In this document: piece by piece, positions 63,425 to 64,000 of the stretch
Layout of the letters: every line of letters begins with the position of its first letter
Numbering within the stretch: position 1 is the stretch's first letter
NCBI RefSeq assembly: GCF_018977255.1
Contig: NW_024704742.1
Span: 26,972,001-27,036,000, forward strand
Source: Callorhinchus milii
Lineage: Eukaryota
Direction of reading: 5' to 3'
Length of the DNA stretch: 64,000 bases
Notes under the pieces: model-generated
The model's database searches: none
Told to the model about the DNA's origin: nothing
The model's input: only the letters and a program-made list of their open reading frames with translations
Position numbers and translations under genes: made by a program

Positions 63425-64000
63425 AACAACAACTTTGGTTTATATAGCGCCCTCCACACCGGATGGCGTCTCAGAGCGCTTGTGTGCACTTGTATAATAT
63501 GCGCTATTTGTGAGACACTCCTGTGCACAAATTGACTGCAAAGATCGCCCGTAAAACACACATTAGCTTTACTCAAGAGTATATATGTGAAGCGCTTTGA
63601 GACATCCTCCTGATGTTGAGAAAAGGCACTGTATCAACTGCAAGGATTATTAGTATTATTCTATTGACCAGGGGGGTGATGCATTCTTTGGAAAGTGATT
63701 TCTGATGAATCCAGAAGGGTTGGTGTTACCCCGATCAATTTGGTAGCTGGAAGCTTTTTGGAGGGTAATAGTATTTCCTCAGTCGTTCTGCCACGGTGAC
63801 TGTTGAGAAAGTGCATGGGGAAGGGTGGCTGTGTGTATAGCTGACCTGGGATCACTGAATGATATATTTGGATACCGGGGTGAAGAAGTGTTTCATCTTG
63901 AGAACTGACAGCCATCAGTCTTGATGAGCAAAATTATGCATCAGAAGTTAAAAAAAAATGACAAAAAGAAGCTTATTTACCTTGTTGTCAGTCGATTGGT

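Overview
Eukaryotic (vertebrate) genomic DNA. The repeat landscape (tRNA-headed SINEs with L2-type tails, Deu-domain SINEs, L2 and CR1 LINE fragments) points to a cartilaginous fish; this is an inference. The only supported host gene is JADE1 (PHF17) on the + strand: four coding exons at 43504-43555, 51608-51693, 55417-55574 and 62478-62668 splice in frame, and the gene continues beyond the window. The left half is dominated by an ~8.1 kb near-identical inverted duplication (8256-16395 vs 20698-28853) around a 4.3 kb spacer holding an L2 LINE fragment. The left arm lies between a poly-G tract and a 25-N gap and carries a patch copied from a different SINE, so an assembly artefact is at least as likely as a real palindrome. 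Other points of interest: two candidate upstream JADE1 exons whose ATGs would be in frame with the known start, an unidentified retroposon family with conserved hairpins, a modular SINE set sharing one L2 tail, a minisatellite derived from a SINE end, and several MITEs. I found no convincing new protein-coding system; the long repetitive ORFs are microsatellite by-products.
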